A stretch of DNA of 64,000 nt from a virus. Under the pieces are notes generated by a model. The model made no database searches. It worked only from the letters and a program-made list of their open reading frames with translations, and was not told the DNA's origin. This document shows, piece by piece, positions 50,761-60,007 of this stretch (position 1 is the first letter of the stretch; each line of letters begins with the position of its first letter). Made by a program: the position numbers and the translations under genes. The DNA is taken from IMG/VR virus record IMGVR_UViG_3300008448_000038, positions 17,199 through 81,198 of that record; one strand, written 5' to 3'.

Positions 50761-51671
50761 AATATCTTGTAACGGGTGGCTGTGGTTTTATCGGATCTAA
50801 TCTTGTCGATAAACTAATCGAACAAGGACACGAAGTAAATGTCATTGATAATCTTTCTTCTGATGCACATGAAGAATTTTATTTCAATGAAAAAGCTTCA
50901 TATAATCATTTTAATGCAACTGATTATACGATGACGAGAAAGATGTATCAAAATGTTGATACAATTTTTCACATAGCAGCTGAAGCTAGAATTCAAAATT
51001 GTATCGAAGATCCTCTTCGGGCATTTGAATCGAATATAATGGGTCTTTCCACAGTTCTTGAACTAGCTAGAAAAGAAAGAGTCAAGCAAGTCATATTTTC
51101 ATCTACATCATCCATTTATGGATTAAAAAACAAAGCTCCGATGCACGAATCAATGGAATCGGATTGTCTCAATGCTTATTCCTTGAGTAAATTGCACGGA
51201 GAAGATATTTGTAGAATGTATAGTAAATTATATGGGGTTAATACTTTTTGTTTTAGATACTTTAATGTCTATGGCAATAGACAACCAATTAAAGGTCAGT
51301 ATTCACCTGTAATTGGGGTATTTATGCGCCAAAAACAAAACGGACAAGAACTAACCATTGTTGGTGATGGAGAACAAAGAAGAGATTTTGTCAATGTTTC
51401 TGATGTAGTCGATGCAAATATTCTAATTGCAAATTCTGATATAGAAAAGAATGGACAAGTTGCCAATGTCGGTACTGGAATCAATTATTCTGTAAATGAG
51501 ATAGCACAGATGATTGGCGGTAAGACAAAATATCTTGATCCTAGAATCGGGGAAGCTAGAGTCACTTTAGCCGACGCTACATATCTTAGATCGCTTGGAT
51601 GGTCTCCTAAGATTGATGTGAAGGATTGGATCATTCAAGAATCTATTAGAAGGAATCTTGTCAATATTTAA
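50757..51671 (+). CDS. NAD-dependent epimerase (UDP-glucose 4-epimerase-like)
   Basis: TGGCGFIGS, YSLSK, RYFNVYG, GDGEQRRDF. Confidence 0.9.
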   Translation: MKYLVTGGCGFIGSNLVDKLIEQGHEVNVIDNLSSDAHEEFYFNEKASYNHFNATDYTMTRKMYQNVDTIFHIAAEARIQNCIEDPLRAFESNIMGLSTVLELARKERVKQVIFSSTSSIYGLKNKAPMHESMESDCLNAYSLSKLHGEDICRMYSKLYGVNTFCFRYFNVYGNRQPIKGQYSPVIGVFMRQKQNGQELTIVGDGEQRRDFVNVSDVVDANILIANSDIEKNGQVANVGTGINYSVNEIAQMIGGKTKYLDPRIGEARVTLADATYLRSLGWSPKIDVKDWIIQESIRRNLVNI

Positions 51672-51686
51672 ATTAATTGGTATAAT
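51658..51686 (+). promoter_or_regulatory. Sigma70-like promoter, leaderless
   Basis: TTGTCA-N17-TATAAT with extended -10 TG, then 6 nt to ATG at 51693. Confidence 0.7.
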
Positions 51687-51692
51687 AAAATT

Positions 51693-52922
51693 ATGAACCC
51701 TACAATAACATTATGCATGATCGTTAAAAATGAATCAGCAGTGATTCTTCAATGTCTTGAATCAATGTCTAAGTACATTGATCGTTACGACATCACCGAT
51801 ACTGGATCTACAGACGGTACTCAGGATATTATTCGTAAGTTCTTTGCCGAAAAAGGAATCCCCGGAGAGATTTACCAGTCAGATTGGAAGGGGTTCGGTG
51901 ACCATGCTGGCCGCGTCGGATCTAGAACTGAGGCATTCAGAAACTGCGATGGTAAAGCTGATTACGTCTGGGTGATTGATGCTGACGATTACCTTGAAGG
52001 TGATTTCAAGTATCCCCCTACCATGAATGCTGCTGCTTATGCTCTTACATTTAAGAGAGATGACTTCACTTGGTGGAGAACTCAAATCTTCAAGAATGAA
52101 CTTCTTTGGAGATATGTTGGAGTTCTTCATGAATATCCAGATACTGATAAGAAGCCTTATGCTGTTGAAAAAATTCAAGGCAATTATCATGTCACCGCCA
52201 GAACTGCTGGATTCGAAAGAAACGCAAACAAAACTCTTGTCGAAAAGTATTCCAAGGACGCAGAAACCCTTGTCAAGGCTCTGGAAGAAGAACCAACGAA
52301 TGTTCGATATATGTTCTACCTTGGACAAAGCTACTTCGATTCGCAGCAATGGGGAAAGGCTGAAGACGCTTACCTAAAGCGTTCCAAGATGGGTGATTGG
52401 GGTGAAGAAGTATTCTTCTCTCTTTACCGAGCTGCAATATGCAAGATTCTACAGGCAAAGCCATGGCCAGAAATTTATGATGCATTCCTTGATGCATATG
52501 AATCTCGTCCGACAAGAGCAGAGCCATTGTATCAACTCGCTAGGTTAAATCGCCTACATAATAGACCAAGAACAGGATTTATCTATGCACAAATGGCATC
52601 ACAAATTCCATACCCTCAAGAAGACCTTCTTTTCGTTGATCACGGCATTTACAAGTGGGGTATTCTGGACGAAATTTCGTCAACTGCTTGGTATGCGGGT
52701 AAGCCCCACATTGGTTTCGAAGCCAGTCGCGTGTTGCTCCAAGAGAAAAGGTTGCCGCAAGATCAAACCGACAGAGTCACGAAGAACTTCTTAACCTATA
52801 AAGATTTGCTAGAAAAACTCCATACTCAGCAACAGATGAATGTTGAGGTAGAGAAAGAAAAGGCAAAACTTGAAAAGAAGCAGCAGAAAAAGATGAAAAG
52901 GATGCAGAAGTTAAGAAGGTGA
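51693..52922 (+). CDS. GT2 glycosyltransferase with TPR-like C-terminal region
   Basis: [41 protein letters not shown]. Confidence 0.9.
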   Translation: MNPTITLCMIVKNESAVILQCLESMSKYIDRYDITDTGSTDGTQDIIRKFFAEKGIPGEIYQSDWKGFGDHAGRVGSRTEAFRNCDGKADYVWVIDADDYLEGDFKYPPTMNAAAYALTFKRDDFTWWRTQIFKNELLWRYVGVLHEYPDTDKKPYAVEKIQGNYHVTARTAGFERNANKTLVEKYSKDAETLVKALEEEPTNVRYMFYLGQSYFDSQQWGKAEDAYLKRSKMGDWGEEVFFSLYRAAICKILQAKPWPEIYDAFLDAYESRPTRAEPLYQLARLNRLHNRPRTGFIYAQMASQIPYPQEDLLFVDHGIYKWGILDEISSTAWYAGKPHIGFEASRVLLQEKRLPQDQTDRVTKNFLTYKDLLEKLHTQQQMNVEVEKEKAKLEKKQQKKMKRMQKLRR

Positions 52923-52923
52923 C

Positions 52924-54651
52924 ATGAAATTCTCAGATATCTTCAAAAAAGAACACAAAATAAATCTTGCTGGCTTATCCCAGCAAGATGTTCTTTTATT
53001 GAGAGAAGATGTTTCTGAGTTTAAAACTGGTACTAAATTTACAGTCAATCCTAAAAATAAGAGTGATAAATCTGTAGAAATAGGCGATGGTCTTACCGAA
53101 TTACATCTAGTTGATGAAAAGGGTAAAACTGTCCTATTTTCAGGAAATTACTCAAAAATTGCCTCATTATTTACAATTTTAGAGGAAAAAACACCTGAAC
53201 CTCAAATTATAGTTGTTGAAAAAACAATTGTTAATGAAATAAAAAAGAAACAAGTAATAGAAGGCCGCGAAGGCCCAATAGGACCACAGGGGCCGAGGGG
53301 TGATGTCGGGATCCGAGGAGAACTTGGGCCTGTTGGGGCCAAGGGAGAGCAGGGAGAACGCGGTGAGGTTGGAGAACAGGGTCCGCAGGGCATTGAAGGT
53401 CCAATTGGTCCTAGAGGCCCAATAGGCCCACAAGGCCCGAAGGGCGATAAGGGTGATAAAGGCGACCAAGGAATTGCCGGGGAGTTAGGCCCGATAGGCC
53501 CACAAGGCCCCAAAGGCAACCAAGGAGAGGCTGGAGAGCCGGGTCTTGACGGCCCACAAGGAGAAAGAGGTCCAATAGGTCCCCAAGGCCCCAAGGGCGA
53601 TAGAGGCGATCATGGATTACCCGGACCAAGAGGCCTAATGGGTTCACAAGGACCAAAGGGAGAGCGTGGAGAACCCGGAGAACAGGGTCCAGAAGGTCCA
53701 GAGGGTCCGATGGGCCAAGATGGTCTTCCCGGGGAGAAGGGCGATAAGGGAGATCCCGGTGTCGTTTCTGCCAGTTTCCCTTTAGTCTATGATAAAAAGT
53801 CAGCAAACATAAGTTTTGATACTAAATTCTTAGATGATAAAATTACTAAGATTGCTGTAGATCCACTTCTTGCTAGCGGTGGTAGCGGTCTTGGTGTTAA
53901 AGAAAATGGGTCAATACTTGTAAAGACGGGTGTTGATTATTTGGATTTTAGAGGTTCCATTGATCTTACTAGACAGGGTAGAACTGTTATAGTAACTGGA
54001 ACTAGCTCTGGATCAGGAACTGGTATAACTGGCCCTACAGGACCCACTGGCCCAGCGGGAGCTACGGGTAATGTCGGTGCTACTGGGGACATTGGACCCA
54101 CTGGTGCTACCGGAGTCACTGGTGCAGATGGCTCAACCGGGCCGATTGGACCGACAGGTGCTACCGGAGTCACTGGTGCAGATGGTTCAACTGGTCCTAT
54201 GGGGCCAACAGGTGCTACTGGGGTTACTGGATCTATTGGACCTACAGGGCCAACTGGACCATCTGGTATTACTAACATAAATGGTATTACTTTATCACCA
54301 ATAACTATACGAGAAGGTGATGGTATCTTGTTAGGTACTAATCTTTCTACTAAAACAATTTCTATATCGAATGAATGGGGACCATTAGAAGATTCTGCGG
54401 CTACCCTTGATGATTATATTTTAGTAAGTTTAAACGGATTAATAGGAAGTCCTTCATTATTTGCTGGTTCTGGTATAACTTTTTCTGTTGGCGCGCAGGG
54501 AATTACAATTTCATCGACGCTTCCTAAATTTACAGAAGGAGTTACTGCTCCAGCAAACCCTATAGCAGGAGATAGATGGTATAATACTGATGATGGCATA
54601 ATCTACACTTCAGTCACAAAATCAGGTTCACAAATTTGGATAGTTGGATGA
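52924..54651 (+). CDS. Collagen-like fibre protein with two Gly-X-Y tracts
   Basis: GXY repeats at ~53263-53760 and ~54022-54273; C-terminal [12 protein letters not shown] motif. Confidence 0.9.
   Translation: MKFSDIFKKEHKINLAGLSQQDVLLLREDVSEFKTGTKFTVNPKNKSDKSVEIGDGLTELHLVDEKGKTVLFSGNYSKIASLFTILEEKTPEPQIIVVEKTIVNEIKKKQVIEGREGPIGPQGPRGDVGIRGELGPVGAKGEQGERGEVGEQGPQGIEGPIGPRGPIGPQGPKGDKGDKGDQGIAGELGPIGPQGPKGNQGEAGEPGLDGPQGERGPIGPQGPKGDRGDHGLPGPRGLMGSQGPKGERGEPGEQGPEGPEGPMGQDGLPGEKGDKGDPGVVSASFPLVYDKKSANISFDTKFLDDKITKIAVDPLLASGGSGLGVKENGSILVKTGVDYLDFRGSIDLTRQGRTVIVTGTSSGSGTGITGPTGPTGPAGATGNVGATGDIGPTGATGVTGADGSTGPIGPTGATGVTGADGSTGPMGPTGATGVTGSIGPTGPTGPSGITNINGITLSPITIREGDGILLGTNLSTKTISISNEWGPLEDSAATLDDYILVSLNGLIGSPSLFAGSGITFSVGAQGITISSTLPKFTEGVTAPANPIAGDRWYNTDDGIIYTSVTKSGSQIWIVG
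54022..54273 (+). repeat. G-x-T collagen tract containing a 54-bp-period duplication
   Basis: GGTGCTACCGGAGTCACTGGTGCAGATGG occurs at 54103 and at 54157. Confidence 0.8.
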
Positions 54652-54654
54652 GGA

Positions 54655-54660
54655 TAAATA
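54655..54660 (+). promoter_or_regulatory. Putative late promoter
   Basis: GATAAATA, 4 nt before the ATG at 54665. Confidence 0.55.
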
Positions 54661-54664
54661 AAGT

Positions 54665-57556
54665 ATGCCGATAAATTTCCCGAATTCACCAAGCATTGGA
54701 GCTACCTACGACTACGAAGGTATTCATTATATTTACAATGGTGTAGGCTGGGTCAACAAAAGTATTTTTGGTATTTCAGCTGGAACTAACATTAGCTTTA
54801 CTAATTACAATGGTACTGGTCCTATAGTTATATCTACAACGAGTTCTGGCGGTATAACAAGTGCAGTGACTTCCTTTAATGGTCTTACTGGAGATGTGGT
54901 TGGTGTATCTAGTTTTAATGGTTACACTGGTGGGGTTACTGGTTGGGCGTATTACAATGATGGTATTAATAGCGGTTTAGATACCGACTTAATACAGGGA
55001 ATATCAGGGCAAAGATTTGTTGAAAATCTTCAGACCGGACTTTTATATGGGGGTCTTCTTCAAGTAAATGCTGGAAACTCTGCTTATTTTGATGTTTCCG
55101 CTGGGGTTGGAATTATTTCTACAGCAGGCGCATCTTTAACTGCATATCCAACCCCGTCGTTAAGTTATATAACATGGAGTTCGTTTACTGGAGTGACTGT
55201 AACTGGTATTACTTCTGATGAAGAAACTTGGATTTCGATTAATTCTTCTGGAAATTTAGTACAACAAAACACTAAATGGTTGGATAGCCAGTTCGATAAT
55301 TCAATTCCTCTAGGCGTATTGATTCATCCAAACAACACAACCATAAACTTCGCAGTTGCCATTCCCCATGTGGCATACGGTCAACCTTCACAGCTAGATC
55401 CATTTGTAAGAGCATTCGGGCCAATCAAAATTTCTGGCCACGAAATAAGCGCAAACGGAGCCAATTTACAAGTAAATAAGAGCACTGGTGCTGCATATCT
55501 GATTGGTAGGAATTACGCTACAAATCCCAGCAGTCCAAACGTAGTAGAAGATACAAATGCTACTCCAATCAGCACGATGTATCGATACTATAGAGATGGT
55601 TCTGGTAAATTTACAGTAGTTACAAATTCATCCATAGATCCTAGTAAATATGATGATGGAACTGGAACTTTAAATACAGTACCCGGTGGTCAATATACCA
55701 TTCAGAGACTTTTTTTCCTACCCGGTGTTCCAACTGTTCTTGCATCATACTATGGAAGAGAACTATACAATTCTATAGAAACTGCACAAGCAAACATTCC
55801 GTTTGAACAATTTACTGAAGATGATTCTACTGCTAGCCTTGGTGTGTTTGCAGGATATTTGATTGTTAAGAGTGGAGCAACACAATTAAATAACACCGCT
55901 GATGCTAAATTCATCAACTCTGGAATTTTTAGAAATCTTTCTAACATCGGTGGCGGTGGAGTTGCCGCAACTAGCCTTGACGATTTGAGTGATGTCACTA
56001 TAACTTCAGCAGCAAACGGCCAAGTACTTAAATATAGTAGCGGGGTGTGGGTTAATGATTCAGTTTCAAATCTCAACTTAGTATCGGCAGCTGTTGCAGG
56101 GTCTGGTATCAATGTTTCCGGTGCTACTGGATCTGTTACTATTACCAATACTGGTGTCTTGAGTTTTAATGGCAATACAGGAGCAGTTCAAGGCGTTTCG
56201 TCCATTAACGGAAGCACTGGTGCAATTACCAATGTTGCATTTACGAATGTGGCACAGACCTTTAGTGCTTTGCAAAGTTTCAGTGTTGGTGTTAGTGCAG
56301 GATATGTTGATACCGATACCATAAAAAGTGATTTATTGACTATAGATCCTTTTAATTTGTTTCCTGATTCTACAGGAATTAGATTATATCAAGATAATGG
56401 AATTTCCCAATATTATACTACTATAAAGGGAGCAGGACCAAATGCATCTGCAAACCAAACTATTACTTTACCTAATGATACTGGCATAGTTGCACTTACT
56501 AAAAATGTAGTAAGTAGTTTTAACGGCAATACAGGAGCAGTTCAAGGTGTATCAGCTGCTGTTGCCGGATCTGGTATTAGCGTATCTGGTGCAACTGGTT
56601 CTGTTACCATTACTAATACTGGTGTCTTGAGTTTTAATGGCAATACAGGAGCAGTTCAAGGTGTATCATCCATTAATGGAAATACTGGTGCGATTACTAA
56701 TGTTGCATTTACGAATGTAAATAATAATTTCAGCGTAACTCAAAACTTTGCACAAGGTCTTACTGCTGCAAATACGGTTGAGTTTTATGCAGATACGAGT
56801 TATTTCTATTCATCAATAAAGGGAAATAGATTCTTAACTGTTTCGCCGGGTGCGCAGAATTTTATAAGTGGTAATGGTGCTTCGTCAATTATTATTAATC
56901 AATCTGCTGGCAATGCAGTTTATATTGGTGATGCTGATATAGCAAACAACGGAACCTATATTCGTGTAGAAGATAATACTTCAGCCATTGCTTTTAATTA
57001 TAATACAACTTCATATACATTCCCAACAACCGTTGGAAGTCCGGGACAAGTTTTAACTACAAATGGATCTAATCCTGCGACCTTGTCGTGGAGTACAGCA
57101 ACGGGATCTGGTGGGGGGGTATCTTCATTCAATGGATTGACTGGAGCTGTGGAAGGAGTATCATCTCTTATTGGGGGTACTGGAATTTCTGTGTCCGGTG
57201 CTACTGGAACTGTAACGGTAACCAATCAGGGTGTAAGAACTTTTAACGGTGCTACTGGAGACATATCATATTCTGGATTAAGTAGATATATTACTAGCAT
57301 TTCAACAAACACAAATGCGGGATCTACTGCTGGTACTGATTTCGTTTACATATGCACGGCGGGTCTTACATTAACCTTACCCACAGCGGCATCAAATACA
57401 AATAGATATTCTGTCAAGAATACAAGTTCATCTGTAGTAAAAGTTTTTACAACATCATCTCAATCTATCGATGGTATAACTCTTGGTTATAATTTGACTA
57501 GACAATATCAAGCAGTTGATTTAGTAAGTGATGGTTCTAATTGGTTTGTAATCTAA
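54665..57556 (+). CDS. Tail fibre-like protein with VxSFNGxTG repeats
   Basis: INFPNSP N-terminus, LDDLSDV motif, repeated VSSFNGNTGAV / AGSGI.VSGATG.VTITN. Confidence 0.8.
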   Translation: MPINFPNSPSIGATYDYEGIHYIYNGVGWVNKSIFGISAGTNISFTNYNGTGPIVISTTSSGGITSAVTSFNGLTGDVVGVSSFNGYTGGVTGWAYYNDGINSGLDTDLIQGISGQRFVENLQTGLLYGGLLQVNAGNSAYFDVSAGVGIISTAGASLTAYPTPSLSYITWSSFTGVTVTGITSDEETWISINSSGNLVQQNTKWLDSQFDNSIPLGVLIHPNNTTINFAVAIPHVAYGQPSQLDPFVRAFGPIKISGHEISANGANLQVNKSTGAAYLIGRNYATNPSSPNVVEDTNATPISTMYRYYRDGSGKFTVVTNSSIDPSKYDDGTGTLNTVPGGQYTIQRLFFLPGVPTVLASYYGRELYNSIETAQANIPFEQFTEDDSTASLGVFAGYLIVKSGATQLNNTADAKFINSGIFRNLSNIGGGGVAATSLDDLSDVTITSAANGQVLKYSSGVWVNDSVSNLNLVSAAVAGSGINVSGATGSVTITNTGVLSFNGNTGAVQGVSSINGSTGAITNVAFTNVAQTFSALQSFSVGVSAGYVDTDTIKSDLLTIDPFNLFPDSTGIRLYQDNGISQYYTTIKGAGPNASANQTITLPNDTGIVALTKNVVSSFNGNTGAVQGVSAAVAGSGISVSGATGSVTITNTGVLSFNGNTGAVQGVSSINGNTGAITNVAFTNVNNNFSVTQNFAQGLTAANTVEFYADTSYFYSSIKGNRFLTVSPGAQNFISGNGASSIIINQSAGNAVYIGDADIANNGTYIRVEDNTSAIAFNYNTTSYTFPTTVGSPGQVLTTNGSNPATLSWSTATGSGGGVSSFNGLTGAVEGVSSLIGGTGISVSGATGTVTVTNQGVRTFNGATGDISYSGLSRYITSISTNTNAGSTAGTDFVYICTAGLTLTLPTAASNTNRYSVKNTSSSVVKVFTTSSQSIDGITLGYNLTRQYQAVDLVSDGSNWFVI
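56081..56718 (+). repeat. ~170-bp internal duplication in the fibre gene
   Basis: Copies at 56081-56250 and 56549-56718 share a 47-bp identical core (56147-56193 and 56615-56661). Confidence 0.85.
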
Positions 57557-57566
57557 CGGAGAAAAT

Positions 57567-58430
57567 ATGGCATACAGTATTCAAAGCATCAACGAATATG
57601 TTCTTCCGGCTTGTGCTCAATCGGAAAATCCAAATCAATTAGATACTATTTTCTTTTCTGATTTTCATCAAAACGCAAATCCAACAATAGCAGTACCCTC
57701 TCAGGGAGCAGTTTTTTATGCACCATCTGGCAACGGTGGGGCACATACAAGTAATACTGCCGCTCATTTTGAAGCGTTTGGAATAACATTTGCTTCTGGT
57801 GTCGTATCAGTATCTACTGGTGGTACTAGCAATTCTACAGGATATGGTGGATTAGCGACATCTGCCGTTATTATTCCGGGCATTCCTACACCGGATTCTG
57901 GATTAGTAACCAAATATGAATGTGAAATTCTTATACGAACAGATAGCACTATTCATGGAAACTCTCCAACTACAAATAGAGGATATTATCGATTTGGATT
58001 TATGAGCAGCACCACAAATACTGTTCCTGCCGATGGCGTTTATTTTGAATTTTTATGTGATGGTACTACGACAGATACAAATTGGAATATAGTTTTTAGA
58101 AAAGATAACTCTCAAGACAGAGTTGCAACTACCACTGCTGTGACAGCATCGAAAACATATAGATTATATTTGTGTGTAGAAAGAGATACTTCTGGAAATT
58201 ATCTTACTACATATAAAATTAAAAATTTAACCGACAATACAAATGAAGAAACTACTGCTGCTCCGACAACTACAGCAAGATATCCGAGTGCAACTGGTGA
58301 TTATATGGGTATAGTTTTAACAAATTCAAAAATCACAACTACTTCTACTACTGCAAGATTAGTTTTTGTTGATTATATTGCTGGTAGGATTAGAAGACCT
58401 GTTACTAGAGAAATTTTATTATTCGCATAA
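57567..58430 (+). CDS. Putative fibre-associated beta-sandwich protein, paralog A
   Basis: Shares MAYSI.SINE, PGIPTP.SGL.TKYE, YRFGFM, YRLYLCVER, DYI..RIRRP..REIL with the next gene. Confidence 0.7.
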   Translation: MAYSIQSINEYVLPACAQSENPNQLDTIFFSDFHQNANPTIAVPSQGAVFYAPSGNGGAHTSNTAAHFEAFGITFASGVVSVSTGGTSNSTGYGGLATSAVIIPGIPTPDSGLVTKYECEILIRTDSTIHGNSPTTNRGYYRFGFMSSTTNTVPADGVYFEFLCDGTTTDTNWNIVFRKDNSQDRVATTTAVTASKTYRLYLCVERDTSGNYLTTYKIKNLTDNTNEETTAAPTTTARYPSATGDYMGIVLTNSKITTTSTTARLVFVDYIAGRIRRPVTREILLFA

Positions 58431-58431
58431 T

Positions 58432-59331
58432 ATGGCATACAGTATACGAAGTATAAATGAAAATGTATTGGTTGGATCTGTTAATAATGATAATCCAAAC
58501 CAATTAGATTTTATTTTATTTACAGATTTTCTTCAACTAGCTGCTGCTTCAAACGCATTAAGTGTTTCGGGAGGGGGATTTGCTAGTACAACTGGAAACG
58601 GCGGAACCTCTACTTTTACTTCTGCTGCATTTGCTGCTTATTTAGGATTCACTACTGGTGATATAAAAGATTGTAATGGTGTTGTTAACATGAACACTGG
58701 ATCAACCTCAAACAATAGCGGATATATTTCACATGGAACGAGTACGAATATTTTGCCGGGTATTCCAACACCGGGATCTGGTCTGATTACAAAATATGAA
58801 GCAGAATGTGGAATAGTTCTTCAAGCAGTTCCAGATTTATTAAGCACTACAAGTGGTGCATATAGATTTGGATTTATGAATTCTGTTACAAATGCAGAAC
58901 CTACTGATGGGATTTATTTAGAATTTGAATCAGATTCTGCTCAGTTACCGGGAGATGGCACATGGAATTTAGTTATTCGTAAAGACGGAACCGGAGAAAG
59001 AATCGATACTGGTGTAGTTGTTGATGAATTTGGTGAAACTGGATTATCATATAGATTATATCTTTGTGTAGAAAGAAATTCTTCTGGAACAATTTCAATA
59101 ACTTATAAAATAAAAAACAGAACTTTTGGAGTTCCTGTGACAGATACAGAAGTCACAACTACAGCATCAAACACCGCATTTTATCCTAGTGCTAATAATG
59201 ATTATATGGGATTAAATTTAATTGTAACAAAATTAACAGATGTTCGCGCATCTGCTAGTGTTCTATATTGCGATTACATTGGTTGTAGAATTAGAAGACC
59301 GCTTGAAAGAGAAATTTTAATAGGAAATTAA
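58432..59331 (+). CDS. Putative fibre-associated beta-sandwich protein, paralog B
   Basis: Start reassigned to MAYSIRSINE (58432) by alignment with paralog A. Confidence 0.7.
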   Translation: MAYSIRSINENVLVGSVNNDNPNQLDFILFTDFLQLAAASNALSVSGGGFASTTGNGGTSTFTSAAFAAYLGFTTGDIKDCNGVVNMNTGSTSNNSGYISHGTSTNILPGIPTPGSGLITKYEAECGIVLQAVPDLLSTTSGAYRFGFMNSVTNAEPTDGIYLEFESDSAQLPGDGTWNLVIRKDGTGERIDTGVVVDEFGETGLSYRLYLCVERNSSGTISITYKIKNRTFGVPVTDTEVTTTASNTAFYPSANNDYMGLNLIVTKLTDVRASASVLYCDYIGCRIRRPLEREILIGN

Positions 59332-59332
59332 T

Positions 59333-59542
59333 ATGGCTAGACCTCTAAGTGTTGTTAAAATAAATGATCCAAACGATCCAGATGTATTAATATATGATCT
59401 AAGAGAATCTGAAAGATTTATATACATCGGTGAATTGTTACAAAACCCAAATAAAGCTATTGTGCAAGAAATAGATAGCGGAAGAGTGTTTATTACTATA
59501 AACGCATCTGTATTTGAAGAAGTTTCTGTGGGGGAATATTGA
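59333..59542 (+). CDS. Small hypothetical protein
   Basis: 69-aa ORF filling the gap in the operon. Confidence 0.5.
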   Translation: MARPLSVVKINDPNDPDVLIYDLRESERFIYIGELLQNPNKAIVQEIDSGRVFITINASVFEEVSVGEY

Positions 59543-59566
59543 TCAAAACATTTACTAAATATTGAT

Positions 59567-60007
59567 ATGCCAGCAGGAAGATATGACATCATCGCAGAAC
59601 AAGGAGCCTCCTTCAAGATCCAATTTGATTATCTGTATGCTGGAGTTGGGGGCACAGGTATAAACCTTGAAAATTTTACTTGTCAGATGCAAGTTAGAAA
59701 ATCTGCCTATGATTCTAAAATTTTGTTAGATGCTTCTATTTCCGGTCTTACTTATGGGGGAGTGACTGGTTATTATGAACCCGGAGTCATAACTGGAACT
59801 ACAGCCAGTGGGGGGATTTATCTTAATCAAGATATTCAGGGAATTACCAGAACTGGTGGCATTTACATTAATGTTCCTCATACGGTAACTAGATATTTCC
59901 CAGTAGGAAGACATTTTTATGATCTTGAACTTACTAATTCCGTAAGCGGTGATGTCACAAGATTACTAGAGGGAACATTTGAAGTTACTAAAGAGGTAAC
60001 TCGCTAA
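59567..60007 (+). CDS. Virion adaptor-like Ig-fold protein
   Basis: YDIIAEQGASF, MQVRKS, YDLEL, VTRLLEG.FEV..EVTR is a common phage structural pattern; CTAAATA upstream. Confidence 0.65.
   Translation: MPAGRYDIIAEQGASFKIQFDYLYAGVGGTGINLENFTCQMQVRKSAYDSKILLDASISGLTYGGVTGYYEPGVITGTTASGGIYLNQDIQGITRTGGIYINVPHTVTRYFPVGRHFYDLELTNSVSGDVTRLLEGTFEVTKEVTR

Noticed and set aside
39912-52922. Cluster is for T4-style DNA glucosylation
   Set aside because: No recognisable alpha/beta-glucosyltransferase or dCMP hydroxymethylase; the families and neighbours point to protein or surface glycans, though DNA modification is not formally excluded.
53179-54278. Minus-strand collagen-like ORFs
   Set aside because: Antisense shadows of GGN-CCN repeats in the + strand collagen gene.
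54665-59331. Diversity-generating retroelement template/variable repeats
   Set aside because: The repeat copies differ mostly at synonymous positions of all bases rather than only at adenines, and there is no reverse transcriptase in the window.
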